A DNA stretch of 64,000 nucleotides from Octopus bimaculoides (taxonomy: Eukaryota), in contig NC_068996.1 of assembly GCF_001194135.2 (NCBI RefSeq), forward strand, positions 55,944,143-56,008,142. The letters run 5' to 3'. The notes beneath the pieces were generated by a model that saw only the letters and a list, made by a program, of their open reading frames with translations, was not told where the DNA came from and made no database searches. Position numbers and translations under genes: made by a program. This document shows, piece by piece, positions 1-12,341 of this stretch (positions within the stretch are counted from its first letter, which is position 1; each line of letters begins with the position of its first letter).

Positions 1-73
<73 letters not shown>

Positions 74-169
74 CATACATTTATACACACACAGACACAT
101 GTATATACAATTTTTATTTTGGGTTAAACATGAAATTGTCAATACAACTGTTGTTGCTGTTGTTTTTAG

Positions 170-458
170 GCATTGGTGTTGGAATGGTTATAGTCTCTGG
201 AATTGTGTGCGTCTATTACAATGTTATAATCGCCTGGACCTTGTATTACCTGTTCATGTCATTCCGAAGTACTCTTCCTTGGAGTACATGTGGAAACAGT
301 TGGAATACCCAATACTGCGTCGAAGACGATCACAACAATGCGTCCGCACTCAATAGTACCTGGAATGAGAACGATACCTACTCTATATTCCAGAATGTCA
401 GTGTAGCCCATGTTTTTAACCATTCCATGAGAGTATCAGCCAGTGAAGAATATTGGGA
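170..458 (+). CDS. SLC6 exon a (TM3 + EL2)
   Basis: ttttag|GC ATT GGT...TAT TGG GA|gtaagt; [50 protein letters not shown]...SASEEYWE. Confidence 0.95.
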
Positions 459-781
459 GTAAGTATTGACTGCTTATATTTGGTGCATTTCTGCCGTTAC
501 AGTTTTTTTCCCCTTTTTTATTTGTGTGGTTAAGAAGTTTGCTTCCCAACTACATTGTTCTGGATTCAGTCCCACTGCATGACATATTGCCTACCAATTG
601 GATTTGAGAGACAGAAACTAAAAGAAACCCATTGTATGCATATATATATAAAATTTTTCTAATTTGATACATATTATATATATATGTATATATGTATATA
701 TATGTATATATGTATATATGTATATATGTATATATATGTATATATATATATATATGTATTTATATGTATATATGTATATGC

Positions 782-835
<54 letters not shown>

Positions 836-891
836 TTATGTATATATATATGTATATTTATGTATATATATNNNNNNNNNNNNNNNNNNNN

Positions 892-930
<39 letters not shown>

Positions 931-3900
931 GTGTATATATATATATATGTATATATATATATGTATATATCATCGCTTATCATCTTCAAGACTCTTGTCA
1001 CCGCTACAAAATTTCTTGAACCACCATTGTGCTGTATATTCATTAGTGGTTCCTGGGCCAAATGCTTCGTTGATATCGCGAGCTGTTTCAGCAGCTTTTC
1101 GGCCTAGCTTGAACTGGAATAAGAAAATTGTGTGAATTTGCTTTTTGTTCATGTTGCATTCAACATTCCAGAAAAAATGGACTAATTATTCAAAAAGAAA
1201 AAGAGTAACACGATTAGATAGAGCAAAAAACGGGCTTTAAAATTATATATAAAGTTAAAGTAATTTAACGAGAATTAATTTGAAAATACATCATTTAAAT
1301 CTAAAATAAAAAATTCCGCAAGAACTTTCTTGACAACCTAATATATGTGTGTGCGTGTGTGTGTGTGTGTGTGTATGTGCCTTTGATTTTGTTCCCATCC
1401 ACCACTTGACAACTGATGCTGGTCTGCTTTTGTCCTGTAACTGCTAAGTTGCAGGTTGTAAGCAAAAAAATAAATAAATAAGTATTGAGTTTAAATTGCA
1501 TCCAGGGAGTTCCAGAGTTTTGATGAGAGTGGGACAACTGCTTAGCCACTATTGTTTTGAGGTCTGCTCTGAGCCAGAAGAGCTAGCTAGTTACATATGT
1601 ACTCAACCAGCCCTGGCTCTGTAGTATGAATGTCTTGTTTTAATAAGTATTGAATTAAAATCTTCCACCAAACCTTAGTCACAATTTATATTCCTAAAAT
1701 AACTAAGTTATTTTACTAAATTCTTTGTTATATTTAAAGTAATTGAAAGAAATGCAGAACATCTCAACAGAAATATGGTAACAAAAGGGTTAATCTGGTG
1801 TTTGAATCATAAATTTTGATTGGAAGGTTTTAATTTAGATCACTTTAAAACGATTAAACACGAAGTATTCCTTTATTCATTTATTTCTTTCCATTTTCCT
1901 TTTTAGGAGACAAGTATTGAAAATAACAAGTGGAATTGAAATTCCAGGAGTAATTCGTTGGGAGCTCTTGCTGTTCTTAATCTTTGCATGGTTGATAGTA
2001 TTTCTCTGTTTGTTTAAAGGAATTGAAGTTCTTGGAAAGGTAATTACATTTATTACACTTGTTGTGTCATGTTGTATCCTGTAGTGACTGTGTATTTCTG
2101 GTCTTTTGCCTTGCAACCTCAAGATTATTAATCATTGATGTTACCTTTTGGATAGGAATACTGAGGGTTGGTGACAGGAAGGGCATCCAGCTGTAGAAAA
2201 ATCCACCTTTATAAATTTTGTTTAACCCATACAAAGATGGAAAATTGGACATTAAATGATGGTGATGCAAAATTAGAGCATCTTAGATGTGTATTTGATT
2301 CAGGATCAGTGTCCCAAATCTGGATGCTGCATCATTTATGATGGTGTCTTAACCAAGAAATACAGTCTTATAGTATGCTAATAGTATGCTTACTTTTACA
2401 AAGTCAGCCATACTTTTACCTAAGATTAGATTACTGAAAAATTGTCTTCCATCCATTCATCTTTGCCCGCTACTCTTGGGAAGATCATTGAGGCAGTAGA
2501 GTGGTCAGATACCCACTTTATAGAGTTCTATAAGAAGCAATCTTCATTTGACTTTTTCACTGGATTCCTAAGCATGACCAACTGTGACAATGGATACTAT
2601 CTAACCAGTTCACTTGTCTGTAGTATCAAAGCTGTAGTCTTTCAATGTATTATAGTGGTTTCAACCTGGAGAGACTCATTGATTTCCAAGTTACATCCCC
2701 TGTTGAGAAACATTACTCTTAGAGATCCTCTCAAACCTCCCCCCACTTCCCATTTTGGTCACTTGAATTCATGATCGTGCTCTTTCAGTGATTACCCAAC
2801 AATCATGTCCATAGGTGAGGATAGGCACAAAAACCAAGTTGAAGATGAGTTTGGCTTTTTTTTACCAACCATTTTTCTTCTGAGGAATGAATGGAATGGT
2901 GGAGCTGCTGCCTTCCTGTGCCAATACCTGCAATTCTAGAATCTAATTCAACCTCCTGCTCTCCATCACTTAAGAATACGACCGTGAGAGCCTTAAACTT
3001 CTCCATTTGTTTCAAAGATGTTACATTAACATGCAGAGTGCACTGAGAAGTCTTTCTTAAGAGGACCAATGTCCCAGTCTTTGGAGACATTGCTTGTATT
3101 TGCATTATCTCCCATTCACGACCACAGGTGAGGATAGGCACAAAAATTGAATTGTTGTGACTAAATCATATTATTCTTCAAGATTGTTGCTTTTTTTTTC
3201 TTTCTTTACTGTTGGTTTTTATTTTTAATGTTATCAACAAATTTCCACTTTTTTTTGCAGTTGATGCATTTTGCTGCCCCTTTCCCTTATTTTGTCCTCT
3301 TCATCCTTCTCATTCGTGGGGTCACGTTACCTGGGTCTTTGGAAGGCATAAAATTTTATATAATACCAAGGTTTGAGGAACTTAAGAAATTCCAAGTAAG
3401 TACTATTTTTTGTTGTTTTATTGTTTTTGTTTTTGTTATTGTAGAGGCACAAGCATGGCTGAGTGGTAAGACGTTTGCTCCCAACCACATGTTTCTGGGT
3501 TCAGTCTCACTGTGTGGTACTTTGGGCAAGTGTCTTCTATTATAGCCTCAGGCCAACCAAAGCCTTGTAAATGGTTTTGTTAGATGGAAACAGCAAGAAG
3601 TCCATTGTATATGTATGTGTGTGCATGTGTGTTTGTGCATGCACACACATGTGTGTTTGTGCACCTGTGTCTCATTGCATTGACATCACATGATGGTTGT
3701 TAAATTAGTATCACCATCTTATAAGCAGTGCCGTTCATTTCCATTATTCTGAGGGAGCATTTCAAGCCATAGGGAAATGTAACCTTTCTTGCAAACAGGT
3801 GAGGGTTGGTGACAGCAAGGGCATCCAGCCTGAATAAACTCTGTTTGAGCCATGTAAGCATGGAAAAACAGATGTTAAAATGATGATGATGATTGTAGAG

Positions 3901-5356
3901 GCACTGATAGAAATGGTTGAATGTTAGACAAGATGCATTGTAGTATTTGGTTGTATCCCTTCTTGTTCTGATATCAAATCCCACTGGTCTTGATAATGTC
4001 TTTCCTTTCTTCAAGAATTTAATAAAAAAAATTATCAATTAAACAGATAAAACTGATTGACTGCACCCTTCATGAGCATTTCAAGTCCAAAGGAGCATAG
4101 CCAAATGAGTACAGTGGGTGTAGCAGAATATTCCAGTCAAGAATTTCCAATTTCTGCTGGGTCTATAAGGAAACATGAAGTGTAACTTTGTCCTGAAGGA
4201 AAACGACTCAATTCTGATTAGCCATTTCTGGATGCTTTTCATCAATTGCATCCTTTAACTTGGTTTAATTAGGAACAATAATTGTCTGAATTCAACATCT
4301 GGTATTGCAGAACGAGCTTGTAATACATAATACCTTTCCAACCCCACCAGATACAGAATTTCATCTTCGGATACAGACCGGCTTTTGGAGAGATTATTGG
4401 TGCTTACAAGCTGGAATTTTACACAATTGTAAACCTCTTCTGTCGGAGTTGACATGGCGATCAGCATACATATTGAAAGTGAGAAGCTTTATGTGGTTTC
4501 TCGACTTTCTATGAATAGCAGCCAAATCTTTGCTAAACTACACCATAATATCTAAAAAACAAAAAGGACAACACATTATATAACATAGTTGTGGGTAGAC
4601 TTTCTGTTTGTGCTTTTCATTCATAATTAGAGCACCAATGCATAGTAATAATCTTCCTAAATGCACAAAACATTCTTTGCATTAATAACAAAACACATTT
4701 TAGTGGTGTGTTTCAGGACAAAGTTTATAATATCAAGTATTATATTTTGGCACATGGCCAGCAATTTTGGAGGAGGGGTAAGTTAATTGCATTGCCCCCG
4801 ACCCCAGAGTTCAACTGGTACTTACTTTATTGAGCCCAAGTGGATGAAAGGCAAAGTCAACCTTTGCAGAATTTGATCTCAGAACATCAGGATGGACAAA
4901 ATGCTGCTAAGCATTTTGCCCAGTGTGTTAACAAATCTGTCAGCACACCACCTTAGAAAGTATTATAAAGGTTTTGACAATGTTGTGTATACTGATCTCC
5001 ATAACAACATCAGTGGTAGAAGGTTTCAATTGGCTAAAGTTATATAATAACTTAAATGTAAAAAAACTACATGAAAGCTAAATTTTTTGAAAATAATCTG
5101 AAGATGTAAAATGCTTCAAGTGGTTGGAAGAGATATGACATAATCCGTTTGCATGGGAAAGAGGATATAAAATGACACTGATACTTTTGCTTTGCTGCTG
5201 AATTGTACAATCACTGGTGTTTGCAGCATGGTTAGTTGCTTGAAACACTTAATCTGAAATGAAGAATGATAACACATTATAAAGAAACACCCTGGTAGTA
5301 TTTGAACAATAAAATGGTATAATACATAATAGATGTATGCATATATGTATATACAC

Positions 5357-5409
<53 letters not shown>

Positions 5410-6362
5410 AATTAAAATCCAGTTAATGGAGAAGTAGCGTTAATATAATTTATTAACTGTAAAAATTCAACATGTTCACTTGCAGCTGTTTCGATTTTGC
5501 CCAGAAGAATTAAATTCCAGTAATTAAAACATATTTATAGGGTAAAATCTATATCATATATATGATAATTATCTTTCCCTTCTCTCTTTTTTTCTCTCTG
5601 TTATTTTTTTTGTTTCTTTTTTCAAAGGTGTGGGGAGATGCAGCCCTGCAGATATTCTACTCCATAGGTATGGCATGGGGTGGTATTATAACTATGGCAA
5701 GTTATAATGAATTTAATCACAATGTTTATAAGTAAGTTGAAATGATTATTATTTACATTATATAATACATAATATAATATTTTATAATATAATCTATGCC
5801 AGCATGGAAAATGGATGTTAAAAGATGATGATGATACACACACACACACAGACGCATATACATTTTACTTTACCAGAAGCTATAAATTACATGACTCATA
5901 AGAAATGTAGAGTATTCTGTAATACATTATAAGAGAAAGGCTCTGATCTCCAGTACTTTGTCTTGCTTGTTTCTGATCATCATCATCAGCTGAAAAACTG
6001 AGCCTGGTTTTCCTTTTAATATCAAAAGGAAAATCTTGCTTGGTTTACAGCTGATGATCAGCTACTCTAAATACTGGAAATTAGAGACTTTCAGATACAT
6101 ATATATATAAAATGTCATCATCATCATCATCATCAGCATCATTATTTAATGTCCATTGTCCATACTGGCAAGAGTTGCACAGTTAGACCAGGGCTGGCAA
6201 GGCCAGAAGGCTGCAACAGTCTCCAGTCTGTTTTGTCGTGGTTTCTATGGCTAGATGCTCTTCCTAATACCAACCACTCTAAGTGTGTAATAGGTGATTT
6301 TATGCATATGTATGTATGTATATGTGTGTATCCATACATACATACATACATACATACATACA

Positions 6363-6415
<53 letters not shown>

Positions 6416-9400
6416 NNNNNNNNNNNNNNNNNNNNNNNNNNNNNNNNNNNNNNNNNNNNNNNNNNNNNNNNNNNNNNNNNNNNNNNNNNNNNNNNNNNNN
6501 NNNNATGTATATATATATATATATATATATACATAATATAGAAATTGTGTCTACAAGTAGATGTACAAGTGTTTCTGTTTTGTTTAGAGCTCCACATGGA
6601 CTTTCATAATGCATTCTGCTTTCTGTAATAGTTATTAATTAGCTCCTATATTGAGGAGTATTAATAGTTATGAGTCATAAAGTAAATGCAGAAAAAATAA
6701 AGATAAACACATGTTTGTTATTTTAAAGTTCCTACACACGTTTCACCATTATAGTTGCTTGGAGCCCTACGATAGAAGTTTCAAATGCATATAGATGCTC
6801 AAACATAACAAGACTTCAGGGAACACTGCATTGTATCAAGTTACAAATAGCTGTATAAGCCATAATAGAGGGACATAATTTGAATATAAACTTGTGCTTA
6901 TTGTTATTTTACTACATAAATGGCACTCTCAGTTGCGATGACAAGGCTTCCAGTTGATTCGATCAACAGAACAACCATGAAATTAAGGTGCATGTGGCTG
7001 AGCACTCCACAGACATGTGTACCTTTAATGTAGTTCTCTGGGAGATTTAGCATGACGCAGGGTGTGACAAGGCCGGCCCTTTGAAATACTGGTGCTATTC
7101 ATTTTTGCCAGATACACACATACAAACATACATCCATGAATATTCTTCCTATGTTATATTCAAATCAGCCTGATCTGAAATCTTAGACCTACCCATTCAA
7201 AGTCATTCTAAACATATACAATGATATCATCAAAATTCCAGAGCTGTGAGATAATGCATGTCTATTTCAAATATGAATAAATAATTGTTACATTTGACAA
7301 AATAAGCTGAATGTTAAAGGGTTATCATCTGCTGTTCTATACATTTTGTTTGAAGCATTTTCTTATATCAGACTATCATATAGATTGCAGTAACAGAGCA
7401 ATGGGTTCATTATTTATCTATTTATTTATTTATTCATTTATTCATTTATTTATTTATTTGTGTCTTTTCAGGGATGCACTTATTGTCCCTATGATCAATT
7501 GTGCTACAAGTATCTTCGCAGGTTTTGTCATCTTCTCAGTTCTTGGATTTATGGCTTTTGAAACTGGTGTTAGTGTTGATAATGTTGTTAGACAAGGTAA
7601 GCAGTTATTTTCTATTCTAAATTTAAAATTACTATTTGATCTTACAAATACAACAAAATATCAACTAGGTGATTTAAAATAGCATTCTGTATACCCTGCT
7701 TAATATGGATATACTACAGACAGCCACAGAACTGTGGTATTTGTCATGAGACAGAATCTCGTGTAAATGTCTACTACTAAATAGTCTGATGATGTTCAAA
7801 GTAGCAACAATCTAGTCTCAGCAATTCCACCACTGCTGCTGGACACTTTTTTGTCTGCTACTGATACCCCTCTGTGTTATTTAGTACTGTAAATCTATAA
7901 GAGATATTATCTTAAGACTGCAACTTTCTGGCTGTCTACAGTATATCCATGTCAAGTTAGGTAAGACATACAGAAAGCTGTTTTGAAGTTATACTACTAC
8001 TGTCTTTAATAACAAATTTTTTGAGATTTAAAATTTTGGTAATGTATGTATAATGCTTTATCCTTCACAAAAGTATGAGATAATTTGATGATTTCACATT
8101 GAAACAATAAAAGTAAGGAAAAAGACAAGAACATTTTTGCTGCAATGAAATCTTGATGATGATGATGAAAGAATGATGTTAGATATATAAATGAATTGTA
8201 TCTAGAGTGCCATGTTTGGAAATGTAATGCCTTATCTATCCATCCAGGTTGGACCAAATGCCCGGTGGCACGTAAAAGCACCCACTACACTCTCGGAGTG
8301 GTTGGTGTTAGGAAGGGCATCCAGCTGTAGAAACTCTGCCAAATCAGATTGGAGCCTGGCGCAGCCATCTGGTTCGCAAGTCCTCAGTCAAATCGTCCAA
8401 CCCATGATAGCATGGAAAGCGGATGTTAAATGATGATGATAATGAATATCTGGCTTGGGTTTTAGTTACATTGGTCTTTTGCCAGCTGAAATATCTTGTT
8501 TGCTCACACCATGACTACAGATCCTGGTCACTGACAGCTTGTCCACTTGCTCAGCATCTGGTGATGTTTGTCATTGATTCAGTAAATTTATTTGCTGAAA
8601 TAGTTTACATCCACCATGCCATAGCATCCCACTGGGTTCAATGTTCCTTGGCTCAGGTGGTTACATGCTATTTAATCCATATTACTCCAGCTATTACTCC
8701 AGATCAGAGTAGACCTAGGAACAATAGGAACTAAGAGGTGGTTCCACATTCCTCAAAATCCTTGAACCAGGGACCTACTACTGGATGCTGTTCAAAAATC
8801 ATCCAGGGAAAATCCTATGTAGAGCAATATTAATATTTGCATTGAATTCCTTGGAAAGAAACATCTGTTCATCCATCTTCTCTGCTCACTATTCTTTGGA
8901 GGTTTGGAGGCACCTTCCTCTATAGGGCCCTTATCACAAGCCACTGTCATTAGACTTTCTGGCTGGTTTCCCATATAAAACCAACTGAAACTATCAATAT
9001 TATCCGACTTCTCATTTTTGATCTACCCCCTAGATCTCCTGCCCATTTAACTAGCTAGAAGAATCCACTTTCCAATTATTTCCTGTAACATTCTAATCAC
9101 GTCTGTAGTACCAGGGCTGTGACTTATCAATGTAGACAGGCAATGGCTGAACTTGGAGACTCCCTAATCTCCAAGTTACACACTGTTTAACTATGTTACC
9201 CTTCAGAGGAACCCCATTTTTGCTGCTTGAATTCATGATTCTACTCTTTTGGTCATTACCCAAAATTCATGACCATAGGTGAAGACAGGTGCACAAAATT
9301 CTGAATTGAAGATAGCAAGTTTGGCTTTTTTAAGCAACCTCATTTTTTTCTGAGGATTGAATGTGGAAGTTGACTCATTACTAATTTTAATTATTCTTTA

Positions 9401-10132
9401 CAGGTCCTGGCCTGACCTTTGTTGCATATCCTGAAGCTCTTTCTCGGTTACCTATATCCTCACTATGGGCTGTACTATTCTTCTTGATGCTTTTTATAAT
9501 TGGTCTTGATAGCCAGGTAAGAATTGTGTACCATTAAATTTTTAAAAACACATCAATAACTGTTTATAACTTGTTCAAAGGGAGCACGGAAATTCCGTAG
9601 TTGTGAAATTTTTGACAGGTAAATTAATTTCTGCTGCAAGGAAAGAAAGAAAAAAATGGAATGATGATTTTAATTGAAATTTAATTGGTGATTTGAAGAA
9701 ATTATCAAATAGTTTGTAGTGTTCTGATGAGTAATATTTGTGTTAAAAATGAAAATAAAATACAGTTTAAAAATTTATGGATCAGCCAAAATAAATTTTA
9801 GGTATTTAGGCAATTTCCAGATCAGATTATTTTAGTAATGGGTTCAGAATTTAGTAAAAAGTTTGAAACTGAAAGATAACTTCCATATTTTGTAATAGTA
9901 AATTTTTTTCATGTGTGTGTGTGTGTGTGCATACACACACACACACACACACACACACATATTTATATTTACAGGTGTAGCTCAGTGACAAGTAATTTGC
10001 TTCTCAACAACATGATTATAGGTTCAGTCCCACTGCATGATATCTTGGGCAAGTGACCTCTACTATAGCCTCAGTCCAACCAAAGTATTGCAAGTAGATT
10101 TGGTAGACAGAAACAGAAAGAAACATGATGTG

Positions 10133-10163
<31 letters not shown>

Positions 10164-10415
10164 GTATGTGTATATAAATATATATACCTATGTGTGTGTT
10201 TCTTTGTGTTTATTCCCTGTCACCACTTGACAATGAGTGCCGGTTTGTTTACATCCTCAAACTTACTTGACAAACTTAGTTGGCAAAAGAGTCAGATCAA
10301 ATAAGCATTAGACCCTAAAAAAATTAAATGTTAGGGTCAATTTTTTGACTAAAACCTTTCAATGCAATGCATTAGCATAGCTGTTATCCAATGACTGAAA
10401 CAAACAAAAACTAAA

Positions 10416-10456
<41 letters not shown>

Positions 10457-10976
10457 GTTAGTAATGGGTAAGCATTAATTCAAGATGAATTTAATGAGAA
10501 CATTTGAGGGTTCAAATACTATATAATAATTATTAGTCTTCAGAAATATTTTCTCTCTAAACATTTTACTGAACACAGTTCTTCAGTTTCTAAAAGTAGA
10601 TTTTTGAACAAATATGCAATCATTATAAAACAAAGCGTTGTACTTATCTCAGTGATTTACAGTGAATTAAGCTGTAAATTACTAAATTCCATGCTCTCTT
10701 TGTAGTTTTTTTAATTCATTTTGCTGTGTATATAAAGCTAACCTCAATTTTTTTTATCTCACTTTTTTCATCAAATGTCTCCTTTGGATTTTTACTTATT
10801 TCAAAATTCTAGGCCATTTATGATTATATATATATATATATATGTATATGTATATATGTATGTATATGTGTATATATGTATGTATATGTGTATATATATA
10901 TATATATGTCTATATATACATATATATGTCTATATATATATATATATTAGCATATATATGTGTATATATATATATA

Positions 10977-11020
<44 letters not shown>

Positions 11021-11035
11021 ATATACATATACATG

Positions 11036-11066
<31 letters not shown>

Positions 11067-12304
11067 GTGCATATAAATATATGTATGTTCATATATATAT
11101 ATTTATACATGTGTGCATATATATATATGTATGTATATGTGCATATATGTATAAATGCATATATATATACATATGTATGTATATGTATATGTGCATATTT
11201 ATATATGTATATATATATATAATATGCATTTAATGTTTTTCTTTAGGGATTTTTACTTACCCTGTTTACAAAACCTTCCTTATTCTTTTATTACACACAT
11301 TTTGAGATGTTTTGAATTTCCTTTTTTTTTTCATTTTGTATTTTTATTGAAATTGGGGGGGAAAAACTAAGATTTTTTTTTCAACCTATTGAACTTACCT
11401 TTTTTTTTTCTTCGTAAATAAATTTCAAATATTATTGAATGTAAAGTTTTAATATATATTTAAAATTTATCTTGGTATGCACAAAATTGTTTTTTTTTTT
11501 TTTGAAATTAAAATTGTATCAAAATTCATATATATATATATACATATTTTTTTTTTGCTCTGTTGTTTAAATATTATCTGCATATATTTATTGTATATTC
11601 ATGTATTTTGTTTTATTATCTGTTTGAAAAAATTAATAGCCAAGAGAAGTTGAATTTCTTAAATTGGGTTCTCTCACACATTGCAAATATTAATTATTAT
11701 AAATAAATATTTAAAAAAAATTAAATAAATTTAAATATATATATATATATGTATTATTTAATAACAGTTTGGCTCAGCTCTATAAGAGTTAAAGTCTTGT
11801 GTGCATGTCAGATGGACCCATTTCATCTGTTATTTAAAGAAGTATAATAGGATTTGTGACAAATTCATGAAGGTTTCTAGATGTTAGGCCTCTATTGGTC
11901 AGCTCAGGTTATGTGGTATTATTGCCGTGAAAACAATGTCAGTCCTTTCCGTTATTTTTAAGTCCATGTGCTTGGACAGGAAGTTGGTTGGGATGTGTTG
12001 CCACTATATCTGCAAGCTGTTGTATAGTTTGCTTAGCAGCATTTGTTCATTGCATTTGATATCACATATATTAACAATAATGTCACATGACCTTAACTGA
12101 CCAATGGAGGCCTAAAATCTAGAAGCCATCTTGAATTTGTCTCAAATCCTGTTACACTTCCTTAGATATTTGATGAGATGGATTCATTCTACAAGCCCAT
12201 GAAACTTAAAGTCATATGGAGCTGAATCAAACTGTTATCAAATAATATATGTAACTCCTATCAAATGTGTTGAGTGCCACTTTCTTTCATTTGTCCACTC
12301 ACCC

Positions 12305-12341
<37 letters not shown>

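Noticed and set aside
1904-1909. TAG-GAG tandem (NAGNAG) acceptor at exon b
   Set aside because: GAG acceptors are rarely used and there is no transcript evidence.
3443-3530. tRNA-like A/B boxes here and in other SINE heads as tRNA genes
   Set aside because: No cloverleaf; they continue into SINE core and tail sequence.
9587-9596. CGGAAATTCC Rel/NF-kB-like site
   Set aside because: A single 10-mer in 64 kb is compatible with chance.
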